Shown: piece by piece, positions 1-10,850 of the stretch | How the letters are laid out: every line of letters starts with the position of its first letter | Position numbering within the stretch: the stretch's first letter is position 1 | DNA from: Lama glama | Taxonomy: Eukaryota | DNA length: 60,000 nt | NCBI GenBank assembly: GCA_028534125.1 | Contig: CM052832.1 | Location: forward strand, 8,806,001 to 8,866,000 | Reading direction: 5' to 3' | Program-made: the position numbers and the translations under genes | The notes under the pieces: generated by a model | The model's input: only the letters and a program-made list of their open reading frames with translations | Told to the model about the DNA's origin: nothing | Databases searched by the model: none

Positions 1-138
1 TCAGATTACAATGACTGACCCTACCCAAGGAAACTCAGATGCTCTTCTTTTAGAGAGCTCCTTCATCCTGTTTTTTCATTTGTTCTCACTCTTCTTTCCT
101 CTTCCTCAACATATGGCTGACAAATTCATCTTTTAAAC

Positions 139-322
139 AAGCACTTCTCAAGTGTTAATGTGCATAAAGTCACCAGGGAATCTTGTTAAAATACAGATTC
201 TGATTCAGTAGGTGTGGGGTGAGGCTTTAGAGTCCACATTTCCATCAAGCTCCCAGGTGACACTGGGGTGGTGCTGGGATGATGCTGGTCTTCCCTCCAT
301 AGACCACACTTTGTGTAACAAG
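139..322 (+). mobile_element. MER5A-like hAT MITE
   Basis: CTTGTTAAAATACAGATTCTGATTCAGTAGGT..CAAGCTCCCAGGTGA..GACCACACTTTG. Confidence 0.75.
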
Positions 323-788
323 GTTGTAAACAACAAGAACTTAAAAGTAATTTTATTTGAAAGTGTCTCATCATTCCTGAAATGACTAGAGACACAGAGG
401 GGAATTATGGTTACTCAAAACCTAAGACGCCCTTTCACAAGGAGACAACTGCTCTGTAAAGCCTCCCTGGTAACTGAGCAAACGTGTGTCTCTGGGCAAA
501 TACCTTCTTTCTGGGCCTCAGACTTCTCAGCTGAGTAAGGAAGAATGTAGGGTCAATGGTCTCTAATTTCTTCCTGAAAACCACAGCCCTACTGCAGGGC
601 AGGATTCAAAACCCAGCCATCCTTACCTGACTTTGTTGTAAGGATTAGAGTAAGGGTTAACCCCAAAGCCTCAGTGTCCACATTCAGAAATTCTCTGACC
701 TTAGTTATAGGACGGATACTGCTGGGCACCTGCTGTTAGGCCTCATGAAGGAGGCAGAGCAGGGAGGTGACAAAGCTTTGAGCTATAC

Positions 789-908
789 CTGTCCCGCTGG
801 AGGAGGTCTGCGTGAGGTCTGTGCTGCTGTCGCGAGAGGGAGACGCTTGCTGTGGGGCCTGGTGCACCTGAATGGCCTGCACTGGGACCTGCTGGGCCAC
901 TGCCCCAC
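789..908 (-). CDS. SRF: SRF exon 4 (gene continues left of the window)
   Basis: atag|GTGGGGCA ... GGGACAG|gtatag; GAVAQQVPVQAIQVHQAPQQASPSRDSSTDLTQTSSSGT; 120 nt. Confidence 0.97.
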
Positions 909-1454
909 CTATGAGACACAGAGACTTACTCGTGCTCTGTCCTACCCAGCCACCACCTGCACCACCAAGCACCCTCAAACACCCCCAGACCCAGGGTCTG
1001 GCACTCTGTCCCCGACTCCCATCACTATCTTTCCTGGGTGCCTTCATGTCCAGAATTGTGTCTCCAGGGGCTTCCACACTCTGCTCTTGCCCTTCCCCCC
1101 TCCCCCCTCCCCAAGCCCTGCCTCTACTGTCTTTGGTTGACACAGGAGCAGGCACTGACCCATCAAGGAGATGATCTGCCCTCCAGTCAAGGTAGGGAGG
1201 TGGTAGGATGTCTACTGTCCCTGTGGCAAGGGGGGCACAGGGCTGGGCTTGCTAGACAAGGCCAGAGTGTATGGCTGAAACTTACTGACAAGGACAGTTG
1301 GGGTCGCAGTGGGGAGGGCATGCCTGGCAATGGGACATAAGAGTCTTCTTTCAGGCTCTGGCCCTAGTTCACCTTCCTTCTGAGTAGGGAAAGAGGTTCT
1401 TGTGCCAGCCCTAAACCCACTCTTAGCATGCTCAATTTGCCCCTTGTGACTCAC

Positions 1455-1716
1455 CAGGCATGAGGGTGAAGCTGGTAGGCAGCTGCATGAGGCCCCCAGA
1501 GGAAACGGGGCCACTGCCTGTACTCTTCAGCACAGTCCCGTTGGCACTGCTGACAGCACTGGGGCTGACGCTAGCAGACACCGGTGCCAGGTAGTTGGTG
1601 ATGGGGAAGGAGGGGCCGCTGCTGACTTGCATGGTGGTAGAGGTGCTGGGTGCTGTCTGGATGGTGGAGGTGGTACCCGGCAGGTTGGTGACGGTAAACG
1701 CCGGTTTCAGTGTATC
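1455..1716 (-). CDS. SRF: SRF exon 3
   Basis: tag|GATACACTG ... ATGCCTG|gtgagt; DTLKPAFTVTNLPG...QLPTSFTLMP; 262 nt. Confidence 0.97.
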
Positions 1717-1849
1717 CTACACCCAGAGTAAAGATGGAGTGGTGAGCCTCTACCAGACCCTGCCCCTGCAGGTGTTCTGTGTAGATTGATGGCCCAGAAT
1801 GGAACCACTGTGCTTGAGATCAAATCCCAGGTCCACCATTTACCTGGAG

Positions 1850-2015
1850 CCTGACCCTCAGGCAAGTTACTGAGCTGCTGAGCTGCTTTTTCTTTACAGT
1901 TTTCTGTCTGTAAAAGGATAATACCTACCCTGTAAGTGTTGTGAAGATTAAGTAGGTTATCATATGGTAAAGCACTTAGAACAGTGCCTGGCTCATAAAA
2001 AGGGCAGTAATAATG
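1850..2015 (+). mobile_element. MIR SINE
   Basis: GGCAAGTTACT..TCTGTAAAA..GTTGTGAAGATTAA..TAAAGCACTTAGAACAGTGCCTGGC. Confidence 0.75.
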
Positions 2016-2559
2016 TCACCATCATAATTCCCTGAGTTCTCTGCCCCAATGAACTGTGGTAATCACATTGACTGGGGATCAGGACACTCAGGATCTGTTC
2101 CCAGCTCTAGCAGTGTCAATCTGTGTGACTTTCTTGGAAAAATTACTTCCTCTTTCTGAGCCTCAGTTTTCCTCTTCTGTAAACATGAGGGGGCTGGTCT
2201 TTTAAAAAGGGTCCTTCCAGCTCTGATTTGCCAGGCTTCTGAGATAGGGACTGACAATTTTTCAGGAAGCTTAATGTTTGAGAGCAATCTTGGGGGTTTG
2301 GCAAGGAAGCACTTTATGCCAAATACTTAAGATTTAAACTACCAAAGGAATTTATTCATTCAGCAAAATTTCCTGGGAATAAATGAACCCTACTGCTAAG
2401 AGTTTGAAAATTATTTCTGATGCTATACCACTAAGACAGTAGGGAGCCTAGAGCACTGACTCTCCCCTCAGGGAGCCTTTGTTCTTAGAAGGGGACGGAA
2501 GAAGCCACGGGCCGAGCCGAGAACCAAGCCCAGGGAACTGAGAGGGCTCAGATACTGGG

Positions 2560-2815
2560 GTGGGTCAGCGCGGGATGTTTGCTAAGCAGCGGAGCTCGAA
2601 GCCCTTGATTGGCGGACGCGTTGCTAAGGCAAACAGTGCCGCTTCCTCGGATTGGTCAGTTAAAAGGGCCACCCGGAAGGTGGAGCTCCGCAGAGCAGCA
2701 AGGGAGGAAGCCCCGCCTCCTCTCCTTACCGGGAAAAGGAAGGGGGAGGCGTAACCAGGGCCGGCATCCCTAGCAGCCTGGCGAATAAGCTCCCTAACGT
2801 GCGCAGGCCCGGACA
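2560..2815. promoter_or_regulatory. SRF intron 2 promoter-like motif cluster (RFX X-box x2, CCAAT x2, ETS, GC box)
   Basis: GTTTGCTAAGCAGC 2577-2590, ATTGG 2608-2612, GTTGCTAAGGCAAAC 2620-2634, ATTGG 2651-2655, CCGGAAG 2673-2679, CCCCGCC 2711-2717. Confidence 0.6.
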
Positions 2816-3071
2816 TCCTGAAGAGGTAGGCGGCTGGCTAGTAAGATAGTCTCCAGCCCAGTCAGCCAGCCTGCCTGCTGACAGAGCTGGCTCCCCAGAA
2901 CCCTGGAACCCATGAGTGCTCCCTTCCTACTCCCCAGCGACCCAGCCGGCCAGGAGGGCAGGGCTAAGCGATGCCCCCGCCCCCAGCGGGGAGACAGCTG
3001 GCGGGAGGAATGCAAGGGCCCTGCCAGGCAGGCGGGCTGCAGGCGGGAGGCCGGCGTGGAGCCGGAGCCGG

Positions 3072-3104
3072 CCTTATATGGGCACGGAGGCCGCCCGCTT
3101 ATCT
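3072..3104. promoter_or_regulatory. SRF intron 2 perfect CArG box with adjacent GATA motif
   Basis: CCTTATATGG 3072-3081, CTTATCT (AGATAAG) 3098-3104, in a CpG-rich patch. Confidence 0.8.
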
Positions 3105-3301
3105 AGGGGGCCGGCCTCCTGTCAGGATAGCGAGGATGGACACCTGTACCCTAGGATGTGGGGCACTAAACCGACTCCACTCCACATCACGGGGCACCTA
3201 TCCACCTGTCCTGGGTGAGGGAGAAAGAGAGAGACCCCCTCCCCTCTCTGCCGGTCAAGTCCCTCCCCTTCCTTCCCCTTAGATAGAGGACCCAAACACA
3301 C

Positions 3302-3568
3302 CTTGGTCTCCCCACTGCTGTCGGACTCCGACACCTGGTAGGTGAGGTCTGTCTCTTCAAAGCCCGTGGCACTCATTCTCTGGTCTGTGGTGGGGTCTGA
3401 GCGGGGTGGAGAGTCTGGCGAGTTGAGGCAGGTCTGAATCAGTGCCTTGCCAGTCTCACTGGTGATCATGGGCTGCAGTTTGCGGGTGGCAAAGGTATAC
3501 ACATGGCCTGTCTCACTGGCCACCAGCAACAGCACCTGTGTCCCTGTCAGCGTGGACAGCTCATAGGC
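3302..3568 (-). CDS. SRF: SRF exon 2 (MADS box C-half, SAM region)
   Basis: cccag|GCCTATGAG ... ACCAAG|gtgtgt; AYELSTLTGTQVLLLVASETGHVYTF...SSGETK; 267 nt. Confidence 0.98.
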
Positions 3569-5176
3569 CTGGGGGTAGGGGGGAGGAGATGGGTAGGTCA
3601 GCAAAACTTTTAATCTCTACCTTCCTTGGGAAGTAGGAAAGAGAGGGAAGTACACAGTGATATCAAGCCCCCACTCCCAAAGTGACTTTCCTCTCCAATG
3701 ACTCTAAGGGGGTCCTATCAGGATATCTGAAGGTGAGCTGAAGAGTAGAAAAACCCCATGCTCCTTTGAGGAACAGCTCCACTGACCTGCAGATACCCCA
3801 AGCAAATAGTCACAGCTCCCAGTGAAAGAACATACAACCTAAGCAGACACGGAGGGGCCCAGGGAGCTGCTCCTCACTACAGCTTGGTGCCCAGAGCCTC
3901 ATGAAGAGATGACTCCTACCACCTCCTCACGGTCACAGGGACCAGGATGAAGTTGCAACTACACTGGAGGTCACAGAGATGTTAGGGATAAGGGGCCACT
4001 TAGGCTCCAAAATGTCCTTGTTTCTTCCCAGAAACTGCACAGGTGCTAACCTGTTGCCATTTGTTCTGTTCTATAATACTAGGCTCCCCTTTTTTTCTTT
4101 CTTTGTCTTGATACAACCGTGTCTGAAGTGATGGGAGATGGCAGATAGATTAGCAGCTACCCCTGCCGTAAGCCCAGGAAGGGGACCTTCAAGGATGGCC
4201 CCATAGGTGGCATCCTCACTCCTAACAAAGTTCCACAACCTACTCACTGGAAGCAGCCTTGGTTTCTATATGGGACAGATATAAACACCAGCCAATGTTC
4301 CCAGAGTTCTAGCTTCTTGTTTCTCAATTCCTCTGCTTCCATCCCTCCCCATATCTTCTATAACCCAAGATAACTCCTCTCCTCATTCCTTTCACTGCAC
4401 CATCAGCCAGAAGAGGAGGCATTTCTAGATACTTCTGCAAAGCTTCTCCCCAAACTCCATGCACAGATTTTTCCCTAGGGCTGGATATCCCAGTTGTCCC
4501 AAAGGCAAATGGTTCTGAAGCCTGCAGGGAGTGTGCCGGCTTCCAGTGGATGCACAGAAGAGACGCGGACATTGCTGGACCTGGTTTCTGATGCTCAGGG
4601 CAGCATCAGTTCTACTGCCCTGCTCCCTTACCTGGGGCTTTTGAACCCCATTCGGTCATCAGCCCTGTCCGTCCTTCCAGCCAGCACTACTCTAGTGATG
4701 CCCACCTTCCTCCCACACATGTTGGCTCATTGTTATTATGCAGCTCCAGCTTCCTCACCCCCATACCTTCTCTTCTGTTCCCTGCTTTTCCGGCGCCCTC
4801 CCCCAAACACCAGAGAGCACTGGACCTACTGACCCCCGGGTCTCATTAACTACCTCCCCGGCAGCCTCGCAGCCTCCCACTACCACTCCTCATCCCGCCG
4901 CTCTGCAAGGGCCCCGTTCCTCTCTCGCGCCCGTCACTCCCACCTAGGTGCCTTTCCCCTCTTTTCTGGACGTTCGCTGCATCTCCCCTCTCCCCACATT
5001 TCCCTGGCGGCCCCTCCCCTTTCACCCTTCCCGGGGCAACAGCCATCCCCTCCCACACACCTCCTGCAGACTCGCCGCCTCTCACCTCCGCCTCGTCTCT
5101 GCCTTCCTCCCGGGCTCCCCTTGCGCGTCCCCACCCTCCCGGTCCCCCGTGGCCAGCCAACCTCCCGGCTGGGTAC

Positions 5177-5701
5177 CTTCTTCATGATGCCCGTCTTCCT
5201 CTTGCTGAAGGTCGTGTAGCGCCGCAGCTTGTTGTCGATGAACTCCATCTTGATCTTCACGCGGCCCCGAGTCTTCTTACCCGGCTTGGCCCCGCTCACC
5301 GCGCCGCTCACCGGCCCGTAGCCCCCGGTGGCCGCCGCCGCCGCCTCGGGCCCACCGACCACCACGCCGAGCTCCATCTCGCTCAGGCTCCGCTTAAGGC
5401 CGCGCCGCTCCGCGCCCAGCTCCTCCTCCTCGCCCGACTCCGAATCGCCCTCGCTGCCGCTGTAGAGGGCCCCCGCGGTGGGCGCCGGGGTGGTTGTCGC
5501 TGCTGCTGCAGCCTCCCGCTCGAGCCGGCCGGGCCCGAGCCCTGCGCCGTTCCCGGGGACCCGGCCCCCGTTAGCCCCGCGAGTCCCGCCGCCGCCGCCA
5601 CCTCCACTGCCCGGCCGCCCCGTCGGGGTCCGGTTCAGGCTGCCCCCCAGGGCCGAGCCCCGGCCCAGCGCCGCCGCGGCCCCAGCTTGGCTCGGTAACA
5701 T
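5177..5701 (-). CDS. SRF: SRF coding exon 1 (N-terminus, NLS RRGLKR, RSLS phospho-site, start of MADS box)
   Basis: ATG in GCGCCATGT context at 5701; MLPSQAGAAAALGRG...RGRVKIKMEFIDNKLRRYTTFSKRKTGIMKK; donor AAG|gtaccc; 525 nt. Confidence 0.98.
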
Positions 5702-5731
5702 GGCGCTCAATGCAGGAGGGCGGACGGGCAG

Positions 5732-5764
5732 TCAGCGAGGAATCGGAGCCGCCGCCGCAGCCAT
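5732..5764 (-). other. uORF in SRF 5'UTR (MAAAAAPIPR*)
   Basis: ATG GCT GCG GCG GCG GCT CCG ATT CCT CGC TGA; the only ATG between the TATA-like element and the main ATG. Confidence 0.7.
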
Positions 5765-6059
5765 CGGCTTCCCGGCTCAACCCGGCGCTCCAGTTGCTGC
5801 TAGTGCCGCTATCGCTGCCGCTGCTGCCGCTTCGAACCCGGGGCCCCTGCACGCCCGGGCCGACCTGGGCCCTCACTTTCCTGCCCCTGTGGCCCGGGTT
5901 GCCCCAGGCCGCGCGGAGCGCCCCCTGTCCGTACGCTAGGGCGGCGCGCCCGGCGGCCGTCAGCGTCCCCCGGGGGGCAGGGGCTGCTGGCCGCGGCCGA
6001 GACGGCGGGTGGAGGGGGCCGGGACCACGCGCTGGCGGCGAGGGATCCCCCGACCCTTC

Positions 6060-6200
6060 CCCCCATATAAAGAGATACAATGTTTCCTTTTATGGCGAGG
6101 CCGCTCCTTATATGGTGAGCCCCTGCACCCCCGCCCCATTGGTCCGCGGTTCCGGCACCTCCGCTCCCCATTGGCCCACAGGGGGCGCTTATTTGCATAG
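6060..6200 (-). promoter_or_regulatory. SRF: SRF proximal promoter: two CArG boxes, CCAAT x2, GC box, ETS, octamer, TATA-like
   Basis: CCTTTTATGG 6086-6095; CCTTATATGG 6106-6115; ATTGG 6138-6142 and 6170-6174; CCCCGCCCC 6129-6137; TTCCGG 6150-6155; ATTTGCAT 6191-6198; TTTATA (minus) ~6066-6071. Confidence 0.92.
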
Positions 6201-7000
6201 ACATACCGAACTCGCTGCTGTCATCCCGCGTCAGACGGCGACTCCGAAGGGGGAGGAGCCGACGCCTCTTAAAGGAACAGGAGAGGAGGTACGACTCCGC
6301 CCCCCCGAACCAAAGAATGGTAAGAGAATTGGGAGGAACCTACGGAGAAGGCTGGGAGAGCACTGGAGCGCAGTCTTGCGGAGGAGAGGGAGCAGCACTC
6401 TGAACTCGGCGCTGGAAGGGCTTGAGGTTTACAGTGGATTAGTCCCTGAGCGGATTGTGCGGGTTGCAGTAAATGATATATACCACCCAAATTCCAAGGG
6501 AGTGCAGGGATTGGAGCACTTCCCCACGCCTTCCTAAGGGAGTTTAAGTTACTGGCCGAGCCGAGGAGGCTTGGGTCCCGGCTATCCAGCCCCGGCCTGT
6601 AGGCTCTACCTCTTCCCCTCCCCACCCCCCACGACTTCCTTTCCCTTTCCCTCTCTTTTCAAGGCGACTACACTTTCCCACCAGGCCGGCTCTCGGGTCC
6701 TCATTCATCATCCTCTGTACTGGGACGGGGGTTGGGGGAGTGGGGGGCGTAGTGTCAGTCTTTGGCAGACGTACATCTGGAAAAGACCGGGGGAGACAGT
6801 CGGCCTCCCCTTCCTCAGTGGGGGCAGGGAGAAAAGATGGAGATCAGTGAAGACTTCCAGCTGCGGCCTGGGCTGGGGGAGGGGGTGGTCCCAGGGATAA
6901 AGCCCACCCCTCAGCCAGTGCAAAGGCATGGGAAAAAGTGTAGCCGGGCAGAAAGTTTAAGCAAGCAAGGGAGCACACTGGCACACCCACGCGTAAATAG

Positions 7001-7067
7001 ACACACACACACACACACACACACAACATACATACACATACACATACACATTCACACACATACACAC
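7001..7067. repeat. (CA)n / (CATA) compound microsatellite upstream of SRF
   Basis: ACACAC...ACATACATACACATACAC. Confidence 0.9.
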
Positions 7068-7468
7068 TCTTGAAAGCCAAGAAAAGCCCATGTAGGAAAA
7101 AAAAAGAGACTGCAGTGCTGCAAAACCCAGGATCAGGGTCAGGGTCAGGGTCTGGTTCTTAGCTCCAAGGCAGTGAAAATAGCTTGAGCTCTGCTTTTAC
7201 AGAAGTTATTATAATCTGGAAGCTGCCTCTTCCTAACCTGGAGTCTGGAAACAAGTGTTCGACGTCTCCAAACTCCCCATTGCTCATTGTTGGTACCTAT
7301 CCCATGAAGTTATTAATGAAGATTAAATGAGTTAAAGCGCAGTGGTGGTCTGAGTAAGTGGTCAGTGAGGTAATCACCTCATCCCCAGGATAAACATCCT
7401 CTTGTGTTTAAGATGGGAGATGGTGATGATTCCTGCCTTAAAAGTTGTGAAGATTAAATAAAGCCCTT

Positions 7469-7630
7469 GGAGGGGGAAGGGTATAGCTCAGTGTTAGAGT
7501 GCATGCCTAGCAAGGTCCTGGGTTCAACCCCCAGTACGTCCACTAAAATAAATAAAAACCTAATTACCTCCCCTGCCAAAACCAATAAAAAATAAATTGA
7601 AATTTTAAAATGTGAAATTATTTTTAAAAA
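7469..7630 (+). mobile_element. tRNA-derived camelid SINE (Vic-1-like)
   Basis: GGGGAAGGGTATAGCTCAGTG (A box) ... GGTTCAACCCCCAGTAC (B box), then AATAAA..CCTAATTACCTCCCC and A-rich tail. Confidence 0.85.
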
Positions 7631-9399
7631 AGCTTAAATAAAGAGGTTGGTTGTGAATCATTAGTAACAGTGGTAGTGAAATCAATTTAGTGTACTGCAA
7701 CCAGCATTTAAAATAATAAATTAATTGGTATCACAAAAAACAAGAGCAAATGTTGCATAAAACCTTTGTTTGCATAAATGTTAGGTTGAACCAAATAAAA
7801 TTGCCATTTTATAGGTCCAGAGGGTGGGATATTGTCCATTTCATATGGTTCAGTGGGTGTGTGTACTGGATGACAAACTGCATTTCTGACTGAATCACAA
7901 TGTAAAGATTTTGTAAAATACTGAAATAAAGTATGTTCAAGTGATTTGTGAGCTAGCACATGTGTGTATGTACATACACATACATACACCCATTTATTAA
8001 AAACCTGGGCTTGTTCATCACCCTAAATACAGGAATTAAAAGCCCTCCTCTTCTCCATTTCCCAATAGTTTTTCAAAGAGGTTTTTTTCTTTTCCTAATT
8101 TACTCTGCAGAACAGGTAGTTAAACATATGGAACGCGTTAGCTCAAGAGGAAGAACAGGTCAAATAGATAAATAGGTTCCAGAAGGGCTTCAGGGGCCAC
8201 AAACGGTTGCTTGGGATTTGTCTGAGTCACAGTTTTACAACCACAGCCTTGGGGGGTCATGCCTGCCTGGCTTCTAAAGACTTTTTGGTTTGAGATGTTG
8301 AGTTTAGACACACAGGGAGGCAACCGGCAGTGGTGGCATCCCAGAGAACAACAGCTGTATGTCACACCCACCCAGAAGGGTGCCCGGGGGTGAGAACGGC
8401 TCCCATCTTCCCTTCACATAGGCTGCCCTCTCTCAGATTTCACCCAACCACAGGGCCATTGCACACCAGTGTTACTGCCACAGCGCCTTTGCCTGCTAGG
8501 GACGGCTTCATCTTCACAGCCCTTTGTCACCAAAGGGCAAAGGGAGACCTTACACCATACTGGATTATTGCAGGTTCAGGTGCCAAAACCATTGATGTGG
8601 ATAAAGTTAAAATTAAAAACTGGCTCATATATACGTCTTATTTGGACCATATTTTAAAATCAGGAGGTTTTACATAAACATCTGAATATCCGGCATCTCT
8701 CAAAAAACTGGAATTTTTAGCAACTCAGGGCCTGTGTGGCCACAGGATCACAATAGCCTGGAGCGGAGTTGAATGATGTGGCTCGCAGAAGCATCTGCTC
8801 TCAGGTTCACTACAGACTGCACAGCCCACCGAGCTCAGATAAGTCCCCGGCCTGGCCTCTCTGGAATGTGAGTTTGGTGCTTCTCCAATAAGGCCTCAAT
8901 CACTGTAGCCCCCTGTCATGTCCACCCAGACCGTGAAGGGCCTCCAGAAGGGCATCAGAATTCCCTCATACCACACCATTCCCACCCCAACATTCCTTTC
9001 TTTCTCCTGGTTTTATCACCCAAATAATATCAGAAGAAAAATTAAGATTGCTTTTAAAAAATTGCCATCACCCTCTCCCCCCACAAAATTACTAACACTC
9101 TGAAATTGTTTTCATTGGAAATTAACCTTTACTCGGGGATTCTTAACTTCACACAGAAGAAAAGAGGTCTCAATAGAGATGGCAGTATTAGAGGAAATGG
9201 AAAGGTTGCGAGTCAGTGTGCCCAGGCAAAGTCAGGAAAGCCATGTTCCAAACATTAATAGCGCTTACGGCCAGAGAGTAAGGTCTGGGGACTAGAGGAA
9301 GGTGTTCTTTGCTTTATACAAGTCTGGACTTTTTGACTTCTTCTATGGTCAGTATTACTTTTATGCAAATTTTCCCTTAAAATTGAGCAAAAATAGAGA

Positions 9400-9980
9400 C
9401 AGGGCAGAGGTAGCATAAGCGGATCTTGGTGACGGGCTGCACAGGGAGGGGATGCGCAGAGAACAGGGCTCATGATGGATTGAGATGCTAAGTAAGGGTG
9501 ACTATTCTCCAAACAGTGGTACCACGAACGGAAACAGGGAACTTGGCTGGAGGAACAGGATTGGGAGAGAGGTAAGTTCAGTTTGGGGCCAAGGAAACAG
9601 GTAGAGAGGTATCCTGTAGAGAAAGGGGAATGTGAGTCTACAGCTTGAGGTAGAGGCTGGAATTGGAGCAAATGCTTTGGGAAGTGTCCACACCAAAGGG
9701 CCAGTTAAAGCCACATGAGGTAAGATGAGATTCCTGAGGTTGAGAATATAGAGAGAGGAAGGCCAGAAGACAGAATCCAGCCATCCTGGGGGCAGGCAGA
9801 GGAAGGAAGCCACAATCAGGGCTGGAGAAGGCCTGGTCAGAGAAGGTGGATTCAGTGTACCATCACCAAAGGCAAGAGAGGAGAGTTTGAAAAGGCAGAT
9901 GTGGCCAGCAGCGAGAGCCACTGCAGACTGGACAAAAAGACTGGGAGTAAGAAGAGGCTTAGTGATTAATGACCTTCTAC
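9400..9980 (-). mobile_element. LINE-2 fragment
   Basis: Purine-rich degenerate L2 motifs (AGTTCAGTTTGGGGC, GAGGAGAGTTTGAAAAGG). Confidence 0.55.
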
Positions 9981-10024
9981 AGTAGTGCCCCCACCACCAC
10001 AGTAGGCAATCATTTTTACATTGC

Positions 10025-10415
10025 AACCTCGGCTGAATTCGATTATTGTTCCCAATTTTCACACCCACTGTTGGAATTAGATAGCCACATCCTTTGCAGT
10101 CCCATCCTAGTGGTGCTGATGTTGGGTTTTGACACGTGACTTGCTTTGGCTGAAAAAGTGTTAATAGACTAAAGCTTTTGAATGTGCTGGCATGATCTGG
10201 TTGGACTTCTTGTGGTCCTGCTACTGCAGGAGAGCATGCTCTGGGGCCGGCAGAGTAGACCCAAACCAGACCTAGGTGCCAAGCCCAGCTGAACTCAGCC
10301 AAGTCCAGTCAAGATCAGCCAAATGTCACCAACTTTCAGATCTGTGAGTGAGAAAAATAAATGTTATAAGTGACTAAGACTTATTATGCAGCAGCACCAC
10401 CCCAATAGCTAATAT
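10025..10415 (+). mobile_element. Old MaLR LTR (MLT1-type)
   Basis: CACGTGACTTGCTTTGGC, CCCAGCTGAACTCAGCC, GAGAAAAATAAATG..TATGCAGCA..TAGCTAA. Confidence 0.6.
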
Positions 10416-10654
10416 GTAACCCAATATACACAAACACATATCCAACAGAAGAACAAAATTTTGCAAAACAATACTTACCTTTAAAGTATACAATATACTG
10501 TGATACATTTTATTATGTTTCATGTTTTTTAATGCTTGTTGCAACCCATAGTTTGAAAAATATTGCTCTAGAGAAACTGTTCTTGGTTTGTTTGTTTGTT
10601 TTTTCTTTCACTTCAACACACCCCAGGGATGTACCACTCTGTGTATCAACAACA

Positions 10655-10850
10655 GTGGTTCACTTACTAGTTGTGTCACCTTGGGGAAATTACCTGGCCT
10701 CCTTGAGCCTCAGTTTCCTAATCTGTGAAATGGGAACAATAATATCCAGCTAATAGTGTAGTCGCAGAAATTCAATGAGATAATGCATGTTAAATGCTTA
10801 GCAAAGTGACTGGTACAGAGCAAGTATTTAATAAATAATAGCTGTTATTT
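10655..10850 (+). mobile_element. MIR SINE
   Basis: GAGCCTCAGTTTCCTAATCTGTGAAATGGG..AATGAGATAATGCATGT..GCTTAGCA. Confidence 0.8.

Larger units (their letters stand above)
4780..6450. promoter_or_regulatory. CpG island over SRF promoter/exon 1
   Basis: Very high GC with dense CpG compared with flanks; boundaries by eye. Confidence 0.9.

Noticed and set aside
5702..5710. ORF-track start MSA upstream of SRF Met
   Set aside because: It is a TTG start; the real ATG with Kozak context is at 5701
5710..6537. 275-aa plus-strand ORF (and other ORFs at 5383-6625) over the SRF promoter
   Set aside because: Low-complexity Pro/Gly/Arg/Ala translation typical of stop-poor CpG islands; no recognisable domain
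7469..7545. tRNA-like sequence (also 14679 and 22335)
   Set aside because: Degenerate cloverleaf followed by a shared SINE body and A-rich tail; these are SINE heads, not tRNA genes
9502..10302. 266-aa minus-strand ORF
   Set aside because: Non-ATG start, spans L2 and MaLR remnants, no protein similarity evident
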